The notes below the pieces were generated by a model. That model was not told where the DNA came from. It did not search any database and saw only the letters and a list, made by a program, of their open reading frames with translations. Positions 49,851-62,858 of a DNA stretch of 64,000 nucleotides are shown here, piece by piece (within the stretch, counting starts at the first letter, position 1; each line of letters begins with the position of its first letter). Source of the DNA: Eledone cirrhosa. Lineage: Eukaryota. The position numbers were made by a program, and so were the translations under genes. The stretch is taken from NCBI GenBank assembly GCA_964016885.1, contig OZ024741.1, positions 116,622,001 to 116,686,000 on the forward strand, in the 5' to 3' direction.

Positions 49851-50964
49851 TATAAATATATATATATATATAATAAGAATAGATTTTCACTATATATATG
49901 TGTGTGTGTGTGTGTGTGCATGCGTGTATATACAAATATATATATACACACACACACAATGTAAGCCTTGACAGAGCCTAAAGCACTCCGCAACCAATCA
50001 ATCAATTCTCACATAAGTTACTTATCTACACCTCAGACAATCTTCTTAGTACTTATATCCTTTTGTAATTAATCCATCTCGTATTATCTGCCTCTGCCTC
50101 TACACCCTGCCTTCTATGATATTTGCAGGAATTTCTCTGACAACTAACTTGTATTTGAGGTTGCAGGGTACTAAAACCTCAAATATTTGTGCATCTGATA
50201 GAATACTTTGCAGTGTTTGTTTTGGGATCTTTGAATTCTGAGTTCAAATCCTACTGAAGCAAAATTTACCTTTCATCCTATTATTGTCAATAAATAAAGA
50301 ATTGGTTGAATACTGCAGCCGATTGTCCTTCTTCTTTCACCCCACTCCTCTCTGGATTGTATCGGTAATTCAAAGGTCCAATCTTGTCAGTGTGATGCTG
50401 ATTAGCCAGACACCCATTCCAATTTGCCAAATTCCCTCTCCAAATTTGAGTCATCAAGAGATCCTTTTTCGTAGTTGTATGAGCGCTCAGGTGTCCCTCA
50501 GAACTTTAGAAAATATTTACATGCATTTTTTTCTCCATGCATTTTTTTCTCAAATATGTTATTCAGGTCATTAAAAAGAAAACCTTGATTGAGGACAAAT
50601 TATCTCCCTTAGAGATGTTACTATGATGTCACATTTCCTTGAATCAGTAGTTTCTCACAGAATAGCAATCAACATCTAGGGAATCACTTTGCCTATTAGA
50701 AAACAACCAAATATCCCTCACATCAGACCCTGAACATAGTCTTAAAAATTGTATTTTGATAACATCAAACCTAAAAATACAAAGGTGAGATGGTCACCAT
50801 TTCAACACTCTTGATCATAGGACTAATTCCTCATGATTGACCAGACGTTAAATAACAACCATGACCATAGCAGCAACCTCTATAAATTGGTTCCAAACAT
50901 AATATATTGATTTCTGATTTAGGCACAAAGCCTGTAGATATGAGTAAAGGGAAAAGATGATTAA

Positions 50965-51185
50965 CCCATTAGTATTTAAACCAGCCATATTTGGCTAGAA
51001 TTCTCTCACCTCTTTTTGTTGAAATCAGCTGTAACCAGCTGCTCATACGTATGTTAAGGCATTGCTCTCAAAATAAATAATATCAAAATTTCGTAGATTC
51101 GATATTATGTGGGATAATTATGTGAGATAAAGTGTTTAGCATGAAAATACAATAGTAAATATAGGGTAATGGAAATGCTAAAGGG
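50965..51185. mobile_element. piggyBac-like MITE
   Basis: TTAA|CCCATTAGTATTT ... AAATGCTAAAGGG|TTAA; interrupts a SINE. Confidence 0.75.
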
Positions 51186-51509
51186 TTAAATAAATTCAAT
51201 ACTTGACTGGTACATTATTTTATCAACTCCAAAATGATGAAAGGCAAAGTGAACCTTGGCAGAATTTGAACTCAGAATGTAAAGAGCCAAAACAAATACA
51301 ATAGAATTTTGTTCAATGCTTTACCAATTCTACCAATCCTTTAGAGATAACATATTGATATCTAATATAGATTCAAGGCTGCAAAATTTGAGGTAGGGAG
51401 AGGATATGGTCAATTAAATTGACCACAGTACAAATAATAAACCTTTTATCTAGCAAGTTTGGAAACAGAAGTAGTCTGGATTTCTGGATATAGGCTAAAT
51501 TTATACTCA

Positions 51510-51920
51510 AAATATATCCCTAATTAGCTGTGCTCTTTCTGTGACTTTTATAACCTTGTTAACTAACTTGATGCCTCTATAATTTTCTCTGTCTAGAGCA
51601 TCTCCATTGCCCTTGTAGCAGTTGACAATGATGCTGGTATGCCAGTCATTGGTTATGACACCATTTTGTCTTACTTGGTTTACAATACGGATGACTATGA
51701 TATGACCCACCATTCCAGGTGCTTTCAGAATCTCAACAACTATCCCCTAAAGTTCAGCTGCTTTGCCTGTCTTCATATGCTTGATGGCCTTACAGTATAC
51801 TACTACTAACCTGTACAGCTGGTCCCTCTGCTTGGTCAATTTAGGGCAAACTTTCTTCTCCCCATACATTCTCCTCATTCAGTAATCTTTCATAGTGGTG
51901 CTTCTATGTTACCTTCTTTC
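51510..51920 (-). mobile_element. Old RTE RT fragment
   Basis: IVNCYKGNGDALDRENYRGIKL. Confidence 0.8.
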
Positions 51921-52631
51921 TTGTCATTTTTTTTACATCACTTTATTAGATTATATTCCATAATCATGTAAGTTGTAAATAATTGTTTCTACATTTGGCG
52001 CATGGTCAGTAATTTGAAGTGGGGGTGAAAGTCAATTAACTTGACCCTACTGCAATACTAGTACTTTATTTTATCGACCCCGTAAGGATGAAAGGCAAAG
52101 CTAACCTCAGCAGGATTTGAACTCAGAACGTAAAGGGCCGTAACCCTATGTTGTAAAGCATAGTGTCGAACGCTCTATCGATACTGCCAATCCACCACCC
52201 TGTAAATAATTGAGCACTCTTATATGATTGATTATCATTCTGTTGTAAATATCATTTTAAATAGATAATGTGTAGATGTATAAAGCATATGATATACCTG
52301 TAACTGAGTAAAGCGCATGATCTGAGCAATCTGTTGTGTTTATTTTTCTGGCTTATCAATGTATGGTAACCTTGGTATCGGGAAGAGACGCGGCAATAAA
52401 TGGAAACAAAATTGAAGGAAGAGGAAAAACACAAATAATAATAATGATGATTATGATGATGATGATGATGCAAGAAAGAAACTGAAGCAAAGGAAGAATC
52501 AAACCTCAAACTCAATAAAATAACTGTGTGAGTGTATGTTTCTGTGTGTTTGTGTGCCCTTATATATATGTGTGAGTGCACTTATATGTATGTGTGTGTA
52601 TGCATATGCATGCAAGCTGTGTATGTGGGTG

Positions 52632-52691
<60 letters not shown>

Positions 52692-53489
52692 GTGGTTTAG
52701 TTAGTGAATGATCAAACAGCAAATCAACACTGTGCTAAAATTGTAGGATTTGAAATAACACACAAGTGTAAGGAGGAGAAGAAGGAGGTGTAGGATAAGT
52801 GTGAACTTCAACAGGGGAGAAACAAAGGGAGGTGAAACGAGGGGGAGAAAGAGGTGGAAACAGTGAGAGAGAGTGAAGGAGAGGTGTAAAACAAGGAAAA
52901 ATGAGGGGAAGACAGGTGGAAAACAAAGGAGGAGAAAGGAAGAGAAAGAGATCGAGAGAGAGAGAGAGACTTGGAAAACAGAGAAGAAAGGAGAGGGAGA
53001 AAGGGGTGGAGAGGTGGAAAACAAATCAATAGAAAGGAGGGAGTGGGAGAGAGAGAGAGAGAGAGCAGAAAGAGCTGGAAAGAGGGGGAGACTGTGAGAG
53101 AGGAGGAGAGAGAAAAACGGATAGGTGGAGAGAGAGGTGGAAATTAAAGGAGGAAAAAGAAGGGTAAAATAAAGTTGGTGAGGCTACAATCAGTTGAAAT
53201 TTTGATTGTTGAGTTATATAGTTGACTAGTGGAATCAGTGAGGTGTAGGTAGGCTTAGCTATGGTGCATTTGTATGTATATATATCTATATCTTTATATC
53301 AATCCATCTATCCATTTATATCTATAAATTGTTGTGAGTGTAAATATTTAAGCTTATTTAGCTTGCATCTCCTGTTGTTTAGCAATTCAAAACAACATAA
53401 GTTATTAAATGGTTGAGAGAAAGACAGCTTGGTTGAACTGAGAGAGAAACTGGATTTAAGAGAAATCGGAAGTGGTGCGCAAAAGAAGA

Positions 53490-53750
53490 TAGTGTTGTTT
53501 CAGACATGGGGTGCGCATGGATGATGATCGCTTGAAGAAGTGCCAAAAGATTCCAGTAGAAGGAAACCTCAGTAGAGGTAGACCAAGGAAGACTTGGACA
53601 GAGTGGGTGAGAGCTGATTGCAAATTGCTGAGACTCACAGAGGAGATGACGAAGCAACACAATGGGTGGAGAGAGGCTGTGCTGAAAAGGACCCAGCTAA
53701 CGCACGCGAGCATTGAAAAACGAATGGAAAAATGATGATTAAGATGATGA
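53490..53750 (+). mobile_element. Old RTE 3' fragment
   Basis: RMDDDRLKKCQ..RGRPRKTW; (GAT)n tail. Confidence 0.75.
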
Positions 53751-54203
53751 TATATATATATATATATATATCATCATGCATTGTGTGCTACCCTGATTTA
53801 TGGTTTTTCTAGTTTTAGCACCGTAGGCATTCCATTGAAATGCTATGATGGGTACACAGTAAAATGTCTAGAGTGGCACCTCAATGACTGGCTTCACCAA
53901 TTGTGGCAACTTGATTGATATTTTCAAACATATATATATATCAAAGGTATATATTGAGTTAGAAACTCAAAATAGTCTTTTACAATAAAATAGCTCTAGG
54001 AAAGAGATTTTTCCATATATTATAATTGAATATAAAAGAAAAATGAACACAGATATATATACATATATGTGTTCAAATCGCAAGGGACCAGATTCGCTAA
54101 GGTGAAAAGAATACTAACTATAGACAATAGGGTTTGCCAGACTCAATTTAAGAATAAATCAAGAAAATAAATACAAACCAGAATTGTGGTAACAAACCAA
54201 TCC

Positions 54204-54277
54204 CCCAGACAGCTTTGGTAATGTTGTTTCGCAAAATTAATTGTGAAGAGGAATACCAATTCTTGCTCATCAGTGGG
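54204..54277 (-). ncRNA. Hammerhead ribozyme motif, intact core, inside an inverted duplication (54034-54102 / 54330-54397)
   Basis: Minus strand: CCCA CTGATGA GCAAGA..TTTTGC GAAACA [13 nt] TGTC TGGG. Confidence 0.75.
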
Positions 54278-56107
54278 TGAAGAATTAGTATCCTGGACAC
54301 TTCTAAGTATATTAAAAGTATATTAAAAACCTTAGCGAATCTGGTCCCTTACGATTTGAACACATATATGTATTTATCTGTGTTTGTTTTTCTTTCATAT
54401 ATATATATATATATATATATATGAATAAATGTTAGGACTGGTTTAGTAACACCTTGGTGTTACTGAAACACATACTATAATGATTATGTAATCACACAAA
54501 CCAGTCTTAATGCTTATTCATATAACAATACTCTGTTGTGTAAGATGTAATCCCATATCAATGTTGGGTACGTACTAGTGACATCATGTGCTCCATTCTG
54601 TTTATATATATACATATATATATATAATATACATATATATATATAAGATATATATTATTTATATATGTACATAGATGGTGATTATATATATAACTCAAAA
54701 TTAAAAGATATATGTATATATTTGTATATATCTTTTAATTTTGAATTATTGTAGCTCAGGACAAAGTCCATTGAGCTTTTTTTATTGAGAAGCACAAAAA
54801 TTAAACATATTTGATGTTTTGATACCTCATATTTGTACATTATACATATATATACACATGATGTCTCAAAAAATGTATACACACTTTCATTACCTGTACA
54901 GGCAATATTTATTAGAATGTACAGTCTTTATGTATACATTTTTAGGGGACACCCTGTATACTGCATATTCTTGTATATACTTGTGTAAAAGTTGATCACA
55001 TTATAAAATTAAACTCGCTGTTTTTTACCTCCAAATTTGAATTATGTTTCATGTGTCTCATGTAAAATCACACCTTAGTTCTGTACAGAAAACAAATGAA
55101 CATATGTGTATTTCAGCCCTTTGAAGGTAGTATCCATGTAATAATTGACCCTATAAATTTAACATCCTCCAAAATAGTTTTAAAACCTTGACTTTTATTA
55201 TATAAGCATATATGTCTGCTTTCCACGTGGGCTGGATGAAATATATATGTTGAGTCTGCTTCTATGCCACTTAACTTGGAAAACTGAAGGACTGCTGAAA
55301 TAAGTGTTAATCTAAGAGGGGAATATGTTGAATAAAATAACTAACTGATCCTCCTGTATTTTCTTTTACTCAAAGTCAGGAACTATTCAGCACCCCCTCA
55401 TATATAATATTTGACTAATTATATATATATATATATATATATGAAGGATTTGGGACCCTGACAGCTGCCATTTCAACATCTAGATCCAAACTACAGTTTG
55501 GATCTAGATGTTGAAATGGCAGGAGCTCAGCCATTGGGGTCCCGAATCCTTCATATTACCCACTCTACTACCTCAAGTATCGAGTACTCTGGTAAGTAAT
55601 GGTCTAACTGGTTTTTACTGCATCTATTCCGATTTATATATGTATATATATATAAACATACAATTAGTTAAACATTTATGTTTACAAACTAGAGGAAAAA
55701 GTATTAAGAATTTGGGTTTATAGTTTTTGTTTTGAAAATAAAACTTTATAAATAGCAATTACTTATTTCACATTTCTGATCTCCAGATAAATTTACCTGA
55801 GGATTGGAAGTGTATGTAAAACTAGTAATAATGATTTCCAAGTAAATAAACGTGGCTAACTTTCTACATGCTTGCTTTCCACCTGTCTAAATTTTTCCTC
55901 ATTTTTTTTTCCTTTTCTTACTCTCATTTATCTTACTATTTCTTTTTCTGCTTCCTAAACATCATCTCTTCTCTCTCTCTCATTCTATCTTCTGATGAAG
56001 CATTAACATCTGAAAAGTTAAGACTCTTTTCCTACTATATCCCAGCATTAAACTAATGTATATCATCATTGTATTTATTGTTCTATTGTGTTTTCCCAGT
56101 TGACTTG

Positions 56108-56164
<57 letters not shown>

Positions 56165-56348
56165 AGTGTGTTGCATATGTTGGCGGTGCCCCAGCATGGC
56201 CACAGCCAACAGCTGTAACTAGTAAAAGAATATGTATGTAAGTATCTATATATTTTATGATTGTAGCACCATTATTTTGTTTGTTTGTTAACTTTTTAAT
56301 TGGGTAATGTTACATTTGACTTTGTCACTTTCATATCTCAAAACTATG

Positions 56349-56393
<45 letters not shown>

Positions 56394-56594
56394 GGGTTCA
56401 GATTTAGGCACAAGGCCAGTAATTTTAGGAAATGGGGACAGGGAAAGTGGATTACATCGACTCCAGTATATGACTGGTACTTTATTTATTCACCTCGGAA
56501 GGATGAAAGGCAAAGTTGACCTCAATGGGATTCTAACACAGAACATTAAGTGCCAGAAAAATTTGTCACTAAAGATTATGCCAATCTACTGCCC

Positions 56595-56650
<56 letters not shown>

Positions 56651-57164
56651 GCAGTTTGGTTTTAGGTGAAAAATTAATATAAATAAAGTGCGAGATAATA
56701 TAATTAATAACAACAATAATTAAATAAACAAAATTATTAATAGATAGTTATTGAAATATTCAAGTTTCTAAAAATCAAATATATCATTATGGTACCCTAC
56801 AAACCCATCAGGAGTTGGGGGTCCATATACACATGAAGTCTTTGATAAAATCTTCATGTAATGAAGAAAGACATCTCACTAAATAATTTCAGAGTATGGT
56901 ATATGTTATATCAGGAATGTTTTTGCGGTCTTGTTCATGGAGCGCAACCCCAATACCACTGCGACCTCCTCCTCCCATTCTTCTGTGACCCTAGAGCCCT
57001 TGCCTTTTCCATTTTCATAATGATGTAATTATCCTTGCATATATTATTGAATTAAACATGAGAAAATATGATACGGGAGAAAAATTATTAGATGTTAATT
57101 TCCCGGCTAGTTTTCTTAAATGTCTATAAATAAAAAAAATCTAAAATCAACTAAACATAAGGTA

Positions 57165-57355
57165 GGCTATCTACTCAGATGGATAGGAACAGCCACTCCA
57201 TCTTGCAGGTAGTCAACTCCGCTCCAATAGCACTGAGCAGGAGTGTTGTTCAGGGGCCAAGTATGCCAGAAGTCTTCACTGCCATAGGCTCAACAACAAA
57301 CCTATCAGAGATTGTCTGATACTTGGAGAGTTTTCCCTCTTTGGCCTGGTGGGCA
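57165..57355 (-). pseudogene. RLE-domain fragment of a CRE-like retrotransposon
   Basis: KLSKYQTISDRFVVEPMAVKTSGILGP*TTLLLSAIG. Confidence 0.55.
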
Positions 57356-58594
57356 GTTAAAAGTTATGTATGAAAACTGGAGTAAATAATTTTAAGTTAG
57401 TATGCAATAATTTGGTTGGATATTTAAGTGCTCTTTTAATAATGAATCATGAAAAAAAAAAAAAAACCCAATAAATATAATTATTTAAATAACACTATCT
57501 CTATGAGTGTCTTCTGTTTTTTCCTATTTTAGCACATTTAGTGTGACCTGGCTGTGTCCATCACTCTCAAGGTTTGACTACAGTCGATTTCTTCCAGAGT
57601 GAGATAAAGAATTACCGCCAGTATTGGACTTACATTTTATATATTGTTCTGGAAAAAGATGAAAGGCAAAATTGGCCTCATTGTGATTTGAACTCACAGC
57701 CCAGACAGCTGGAATGAATACTGTAATGTATTCTATCTGATGCCCTGACAATTCTGTCAATTCACCACCTAACATTTTGTATACACAATATAAAGAATAT
57801 AAAGTTACAAATATTTTGTAAACCTTTCCAAAACCTTAATTATATTGGTAGTTTAGAAAACAGGCAGTTATACTCATTAGAAGTAATATAGCCATAAAAG
57901 ATTACAAATAGCAACCAGTTTTAATGGTTTAGCTATACTAGAGTTTTATTTAAAAAAATAATAACCCCAAAAACAAGAAATTTCAAAAATTTTAAACAAA
58001 AAGAAAAAGAAAATATAATTTCCATGTGATACGCTGAAGTAGTTCTACTAAAATTCTGAAAATACTGAACTGAAAAAAGTGGTTCCTGCTGATATGTTAG
58101 CTTGAAATTTAACACCAGATATCTTATTTTGTGAAGATTTATATGAATATTAGAAGTTTTCATAGAAATTAATGTAATCTGTTGCTCAGGACTAGCATAT
58201 TTCTTAATCATACTCTCATAATTTCAAACTGACTAACTTAAACCTTATGTTTTATGACATGACAGTGAAAGCAGAAACCAGTTAAGAAGTGATAATTGTT
58301 TCTACTTTAGGCACAAGGCCAGCAATCACCCAGTTAAGAAGTGATAATAATATATAGCAATGTGGATATAGGAATGGAACTGAAAACATTATGAATATCT
58401 AGTATATCATATCACTCACTCATCTAATAACAATATCTTAATTGGGTATCTTAATTATGAAATAGGTGAAGTAGGTGCAAGAATTTATTGTACTAGCTGG
58501 CAGCAGTTTAAACCAGGGGTATATGTATGTTCTTCTGGTTTTATTATTTCATAAAATTTCACTAAGAGAGAGAGAGAGAGAGGGATAGAGAGAG

Positions 58595-58642
<48 letters not shown>

Positions 58643-59807
58643 GGAGAGAGAGAGAGAGAGAGAGAGAGTCAGTTTCTAACATAGAAAGAAGACACTTTCA
58701 TTGAAATTTAGACATCAACTGAAGAGGTGTGAGTGTAAACCTGTCTTGTACTTCGCCTTTCTTTATTTTCTCTTCCAGTCACTTCTGTGTGCCAACACAC
58801 TTGTCCTCCTTCCCTGTCAATCTTTTCTATATTTCCTCTGCCTGTCACCCACCTTGTCCTCTGAGGTATTTTTGCCCAATGTTGTCTTTGACAGCATTTA
58901 GCTGTTTTGACAGCTATTCTAGTGCATTCGGGAAACCTCTGGTAATGAGGTAATTATATTGATTTTTATACATAAAACTTTGCTCTGGTACTTACATAGA
59001 GCACTCTTCACTTCTATGACCTTTTCTGTTTTCAACGGAAATTTCAATACTTATTTATATATATATATAGGTTAATTAGTCTCTAATATCCAGACAATGA
59101 AAGAAATCTTTCACAGAAGCATTATTATATGTCAAAAGTTACGTCCCTTTACTATCTGAGTTCAAATCCCGCTGAGGTTAACTTTGCCTTTCATCCTTAT
59201 GGGGTCGATAAAATAAAGTACCACTGGGTAATTGCTGGCCTTGTGCCAAAAGTAGAAACAATTATTGTATGTCAAAATTATATGTTCAAATCCCTCCGAG
59301 ATTAACTTTGCCTTTCATCCTTACGGGGTTGATAAAATAAAGTACCAGTAATTCACTGGGATAATTGCTGGCCTTGTGCCAAAAGTAGAAACAATTATTA
59401 TATGTCAAAATTAAATGAGAAAAACCTCTAATTCTGGGAGTATAAACAAGAGAGACCAAACTATTTTTCTATCTAACTTCACTTATATATAGATCTCCCT
59501 ACCATGGTTTTGTATGGGGAAGAATTATTATTGGAACCACCAATAATTGAAGAATCCATCACACTCTTCAGGGGAGTATATTCTTCAAGTCTAAGAGAAA
59601 TGGAACAAGATATAATACATACTGCTTCCTTAGCCGAGGCAGCATGGTGAAATAAAAAAAAAAAAATTCTTCCCTATAACTTCTGAATAATAATAACTCC
59701 AGAAAACTTTTTCTGTAGAGTGCTTTTAATCTATTGTAAAACTATATTCATTGAGTAATCAATGAACCATATTAATCTTTGGTTATATATATATATTATA
59801 CATATAT

Positions 59808-60137
59808 CCAAGACCCCCTTCGGTCACGAATGACCAAGTGATTTGCACCTAGAAAGTTTCCCTCCGTAGCACAAGTCCGGGCAAGGTTGTTTGAGGAAGA
59901 CCAGCAGTCACCCAAGTACACCCCTCTCCACGTCACCGATGATGTCCAATGGAAAGGCTATGGCCAATACAGCTTGGCACCAGTGATGTCGCAACTCATT
60001 TCTACAGCTGAGTGAACTGGAGCAACGTGAAATAAAGTGTCTTGCTCAAGGACACAACGCATCACCTGGTCTGAGAATCGAACTCATAACCTTTTCATTG
60101 CAAACCCAATGCTCTAACCACTAAGCCATGCGCCTTC
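59808..60137 (-). mobile_element. tRNA-derived CORE-like SINE with an alternative (non-RTE-like) 3' tail
   Basis: Head and core as in 28392, diverging after CAGCTGTAGAAATGAG; ends TCATTCGTGACCGAAGGGGGTCTT. Confidence 0.8.
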
Positions 60138-60471
60138 ACACAAACACTCACACACACACATACATATATATCCATGTGTGTGTGTGTGCATGAATGCAGA
60201 CATATCTACACATATATTCACTTTGTGTCTTTTTTTGTCTTTTGCTGTTTGAGTCTCATATTTTAACGTGTTGTATCATATTTTCTAAGACACCATATTT
60301 GTTGCTATTCTACCCGATGATTACTCTTACAAATGACTATGAAACATGCATAACAATTTAACCACTTACTGTGTGTGCTTATATATATGTGTGTGTGTAT
60401 GTGTATGTATGTGTGTGTGTGTGCACATGCACGTGTATGTATGTATACATTTGTATATGTATGTATATGTA

Positions 60472-60564
<93 letters not shown>

Positions 60565-61169
60565 TTATATGTATGTGTATATGTATATATGTGTATATGT
60601 ATATATGCATCATCATCATCAACATTTAACATTCATTTTTCCATGCTTGCATGGGTTAGATGGTATATATATGTATCTCATCATCATCACCGTTTTACAT
60701 TTATTTCCCACATTAGCATGGGTTAGACGAGTTGTCCTATTGTGGGCAATGTTAGCTCAGGTAACCATGTCTTGCTCATACAGAACTGATTTGCCATGTT
60801 CTATCTATCTCATAATTTCCCTCCCTCCCACTGCCATAAATATATATACTTATACATATTTATATATTCTCATTCTATTTCTCTCCACATTTTTCTACTC
60901 TATTTATAAATATTATATACTGCCAAACACATCTGATTGGTTGTGATTTTGTCAACACTTCTCCCTGATAATTGAAACTGATAAATGATGATACCCACAA
61001 AAAACATACCTGAGTGTTTGTTTATTTGTATGTTTGTTTGACCTAAATATTTCAAACTACTATAAGGTGGAAAAATGCTGAAGTCTTAAATAACAATGTC
61101 CTCAGTGTTTGTGTCACAATATGAACACTTTCCACCTTCTCTTTTGTAGCAATCTAAATGCCACGTATC

Positions 61170-61550
61170 ACCCTGTCGTGAAATGTAATATACAAGAGTG
61201 TGGTGTATGAAATGAATTCAAGACTGATGTATATGAAACATATGTAAAATTGTTGTTCAAGTGTATGAAACTTAGTACATGGAATTGGAGTCCATGGAAA
61301 TATGTAGGATTGTGGTGCAGGTAGGTATATGAAATGTAGTATTTAGGATTATGGTGTATGAAATGCAACATTTAGGATTGTGGTGCATGAAATGTATGAT
61401 TGTTCTACATGAAATGTAGCATATAAGATTGTGTGTGGTGCGTAAAATGTATGATTGTTGTGCATGAAATGTAGCATGTAAAATTGTGGTGCATGAAATG
61501 TAGATTGTAGTGAATGAAATTTAGGACAGTAATGCATGAAATGAAGGAGA
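61170..61550. repeat. Degenerate minisatellite, about 21-29 bp (TGTGGTGCATGAAATGTAG...)
   Basis: Direct observation. Confidence 0.8.
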
Positions 61551-62112
61551 GTGGGTCATGAAAGAGTACTATATTTCAAATACATGAAGCCTATATCACT
61601 ACGGAAAAAAATGACAAAAATACTGATGTATAGCTGATGAGAAGCAATGATGGTGGTGGTGTTGCTGCTACTGCTACTGCTGATGTTGCATAAGATGGTG
61701 AAGGAGGTGGTGGTAGGGATGGTAGTGATGATGGGGGTTGAAGATGATGGTAGTAGTGGTGATAATGTTGTCAGTGGTGGTGGTGGTGTAGTTGTGTTGA
61801 TAGTGTTAGTTATGATGATGCTGGTGGTAGTAATCATGATGTTCATGCTGGTGATGATGATGCTGGTGTTGGTGGTGGTGATGATGATGTTCTACAGACT
61901 TCAAGTTAAAAGGGCTGATAACAGTATCTGTGTCTGCTCATGACAACATGGGCACCAAAAGACCACTGGGCAGGGGGGATGAAAGCAAATCTTAAAATAC
62001 TGAACCTCACAGAATTGATATCAAAGGAATGCAGCTTGTGTGGAGGATGGCTGTGCTGGAAAAGACCCATCCAGCCCATACAAGCATGGAAAATAAAACA
62101 GACGTCAAAAGA

Positions 62113-62159
<47 letters not shown>

Positions 62160-62674
62160 GGTGGTGGTGGTGGTGGTATATGCTACAAAGTTATTCTCAA
62201 TTGTAAGTGGCTGTTTATAAGTAATAGCAGCAACAATCTAACTGTGTAGGAATATATTAAACTCATTCAGGAAAATGTTTTATTGTAAAACATTCCAAAG
62301 TAATATAATAAAGACAAGAGAAGCTGTTGGTGAGTTCACTGAGTTAGCAGATTGTTTATTTTGGTTAAAATCACGAAATACAAAGAAATCTTTATTTTTC
62401 TTGTTTCTTGGGTATATATGTATTTATATATTTCGAAGAAGGTACAAAATAACTATTGTGTTTACATTCAGATAGACTACCATTCTGTTGAGCTGGCAAT
62501 ATCGTTGAAAAGTTTCAAGTACTAAGATGTAGGGGAAATGCTGAAGTTTTATATTTGACAGCAATGGTTTTAATTAGTCAAGGAGATATAGTGAGTCATA
62601 GATCCCCCACTCCCCATTTTTGTTTCTGTTAACAAAGAAGTTATTATTATTATTTAAACATGGGCACCAAAAGA

Positions 62675-62858
62675 CGGTGGATTGGCAGTATCGGTAGAGG
62701 GTCAGACGCCATGCTTTCCAGCATAGTTACGTCCCTTTACGATCTGAGTTCAAATCCCGCCGAGGTTGACTTTGCCTTTCATCCTTACGGGGTCGATAAA
62801 ATAAAGTACCAGTAATGCACTGGGTAATTGCTGGCCTTGTGCCAAAAGTAGAAACAAT
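62675..62858 (+). mobile_element. SINE family 2, full copy with 16-bp TSD
   Basis: TSD ATTATTATTTAAACAT; near-identical to 17091-17280. Confidence 0.85.

Noticed and set aside
58989-59018. Possible further minus-strand micro-exon (donor GTAAGT)
   Set aside because: Weak polypyrimidine tract and no coding support
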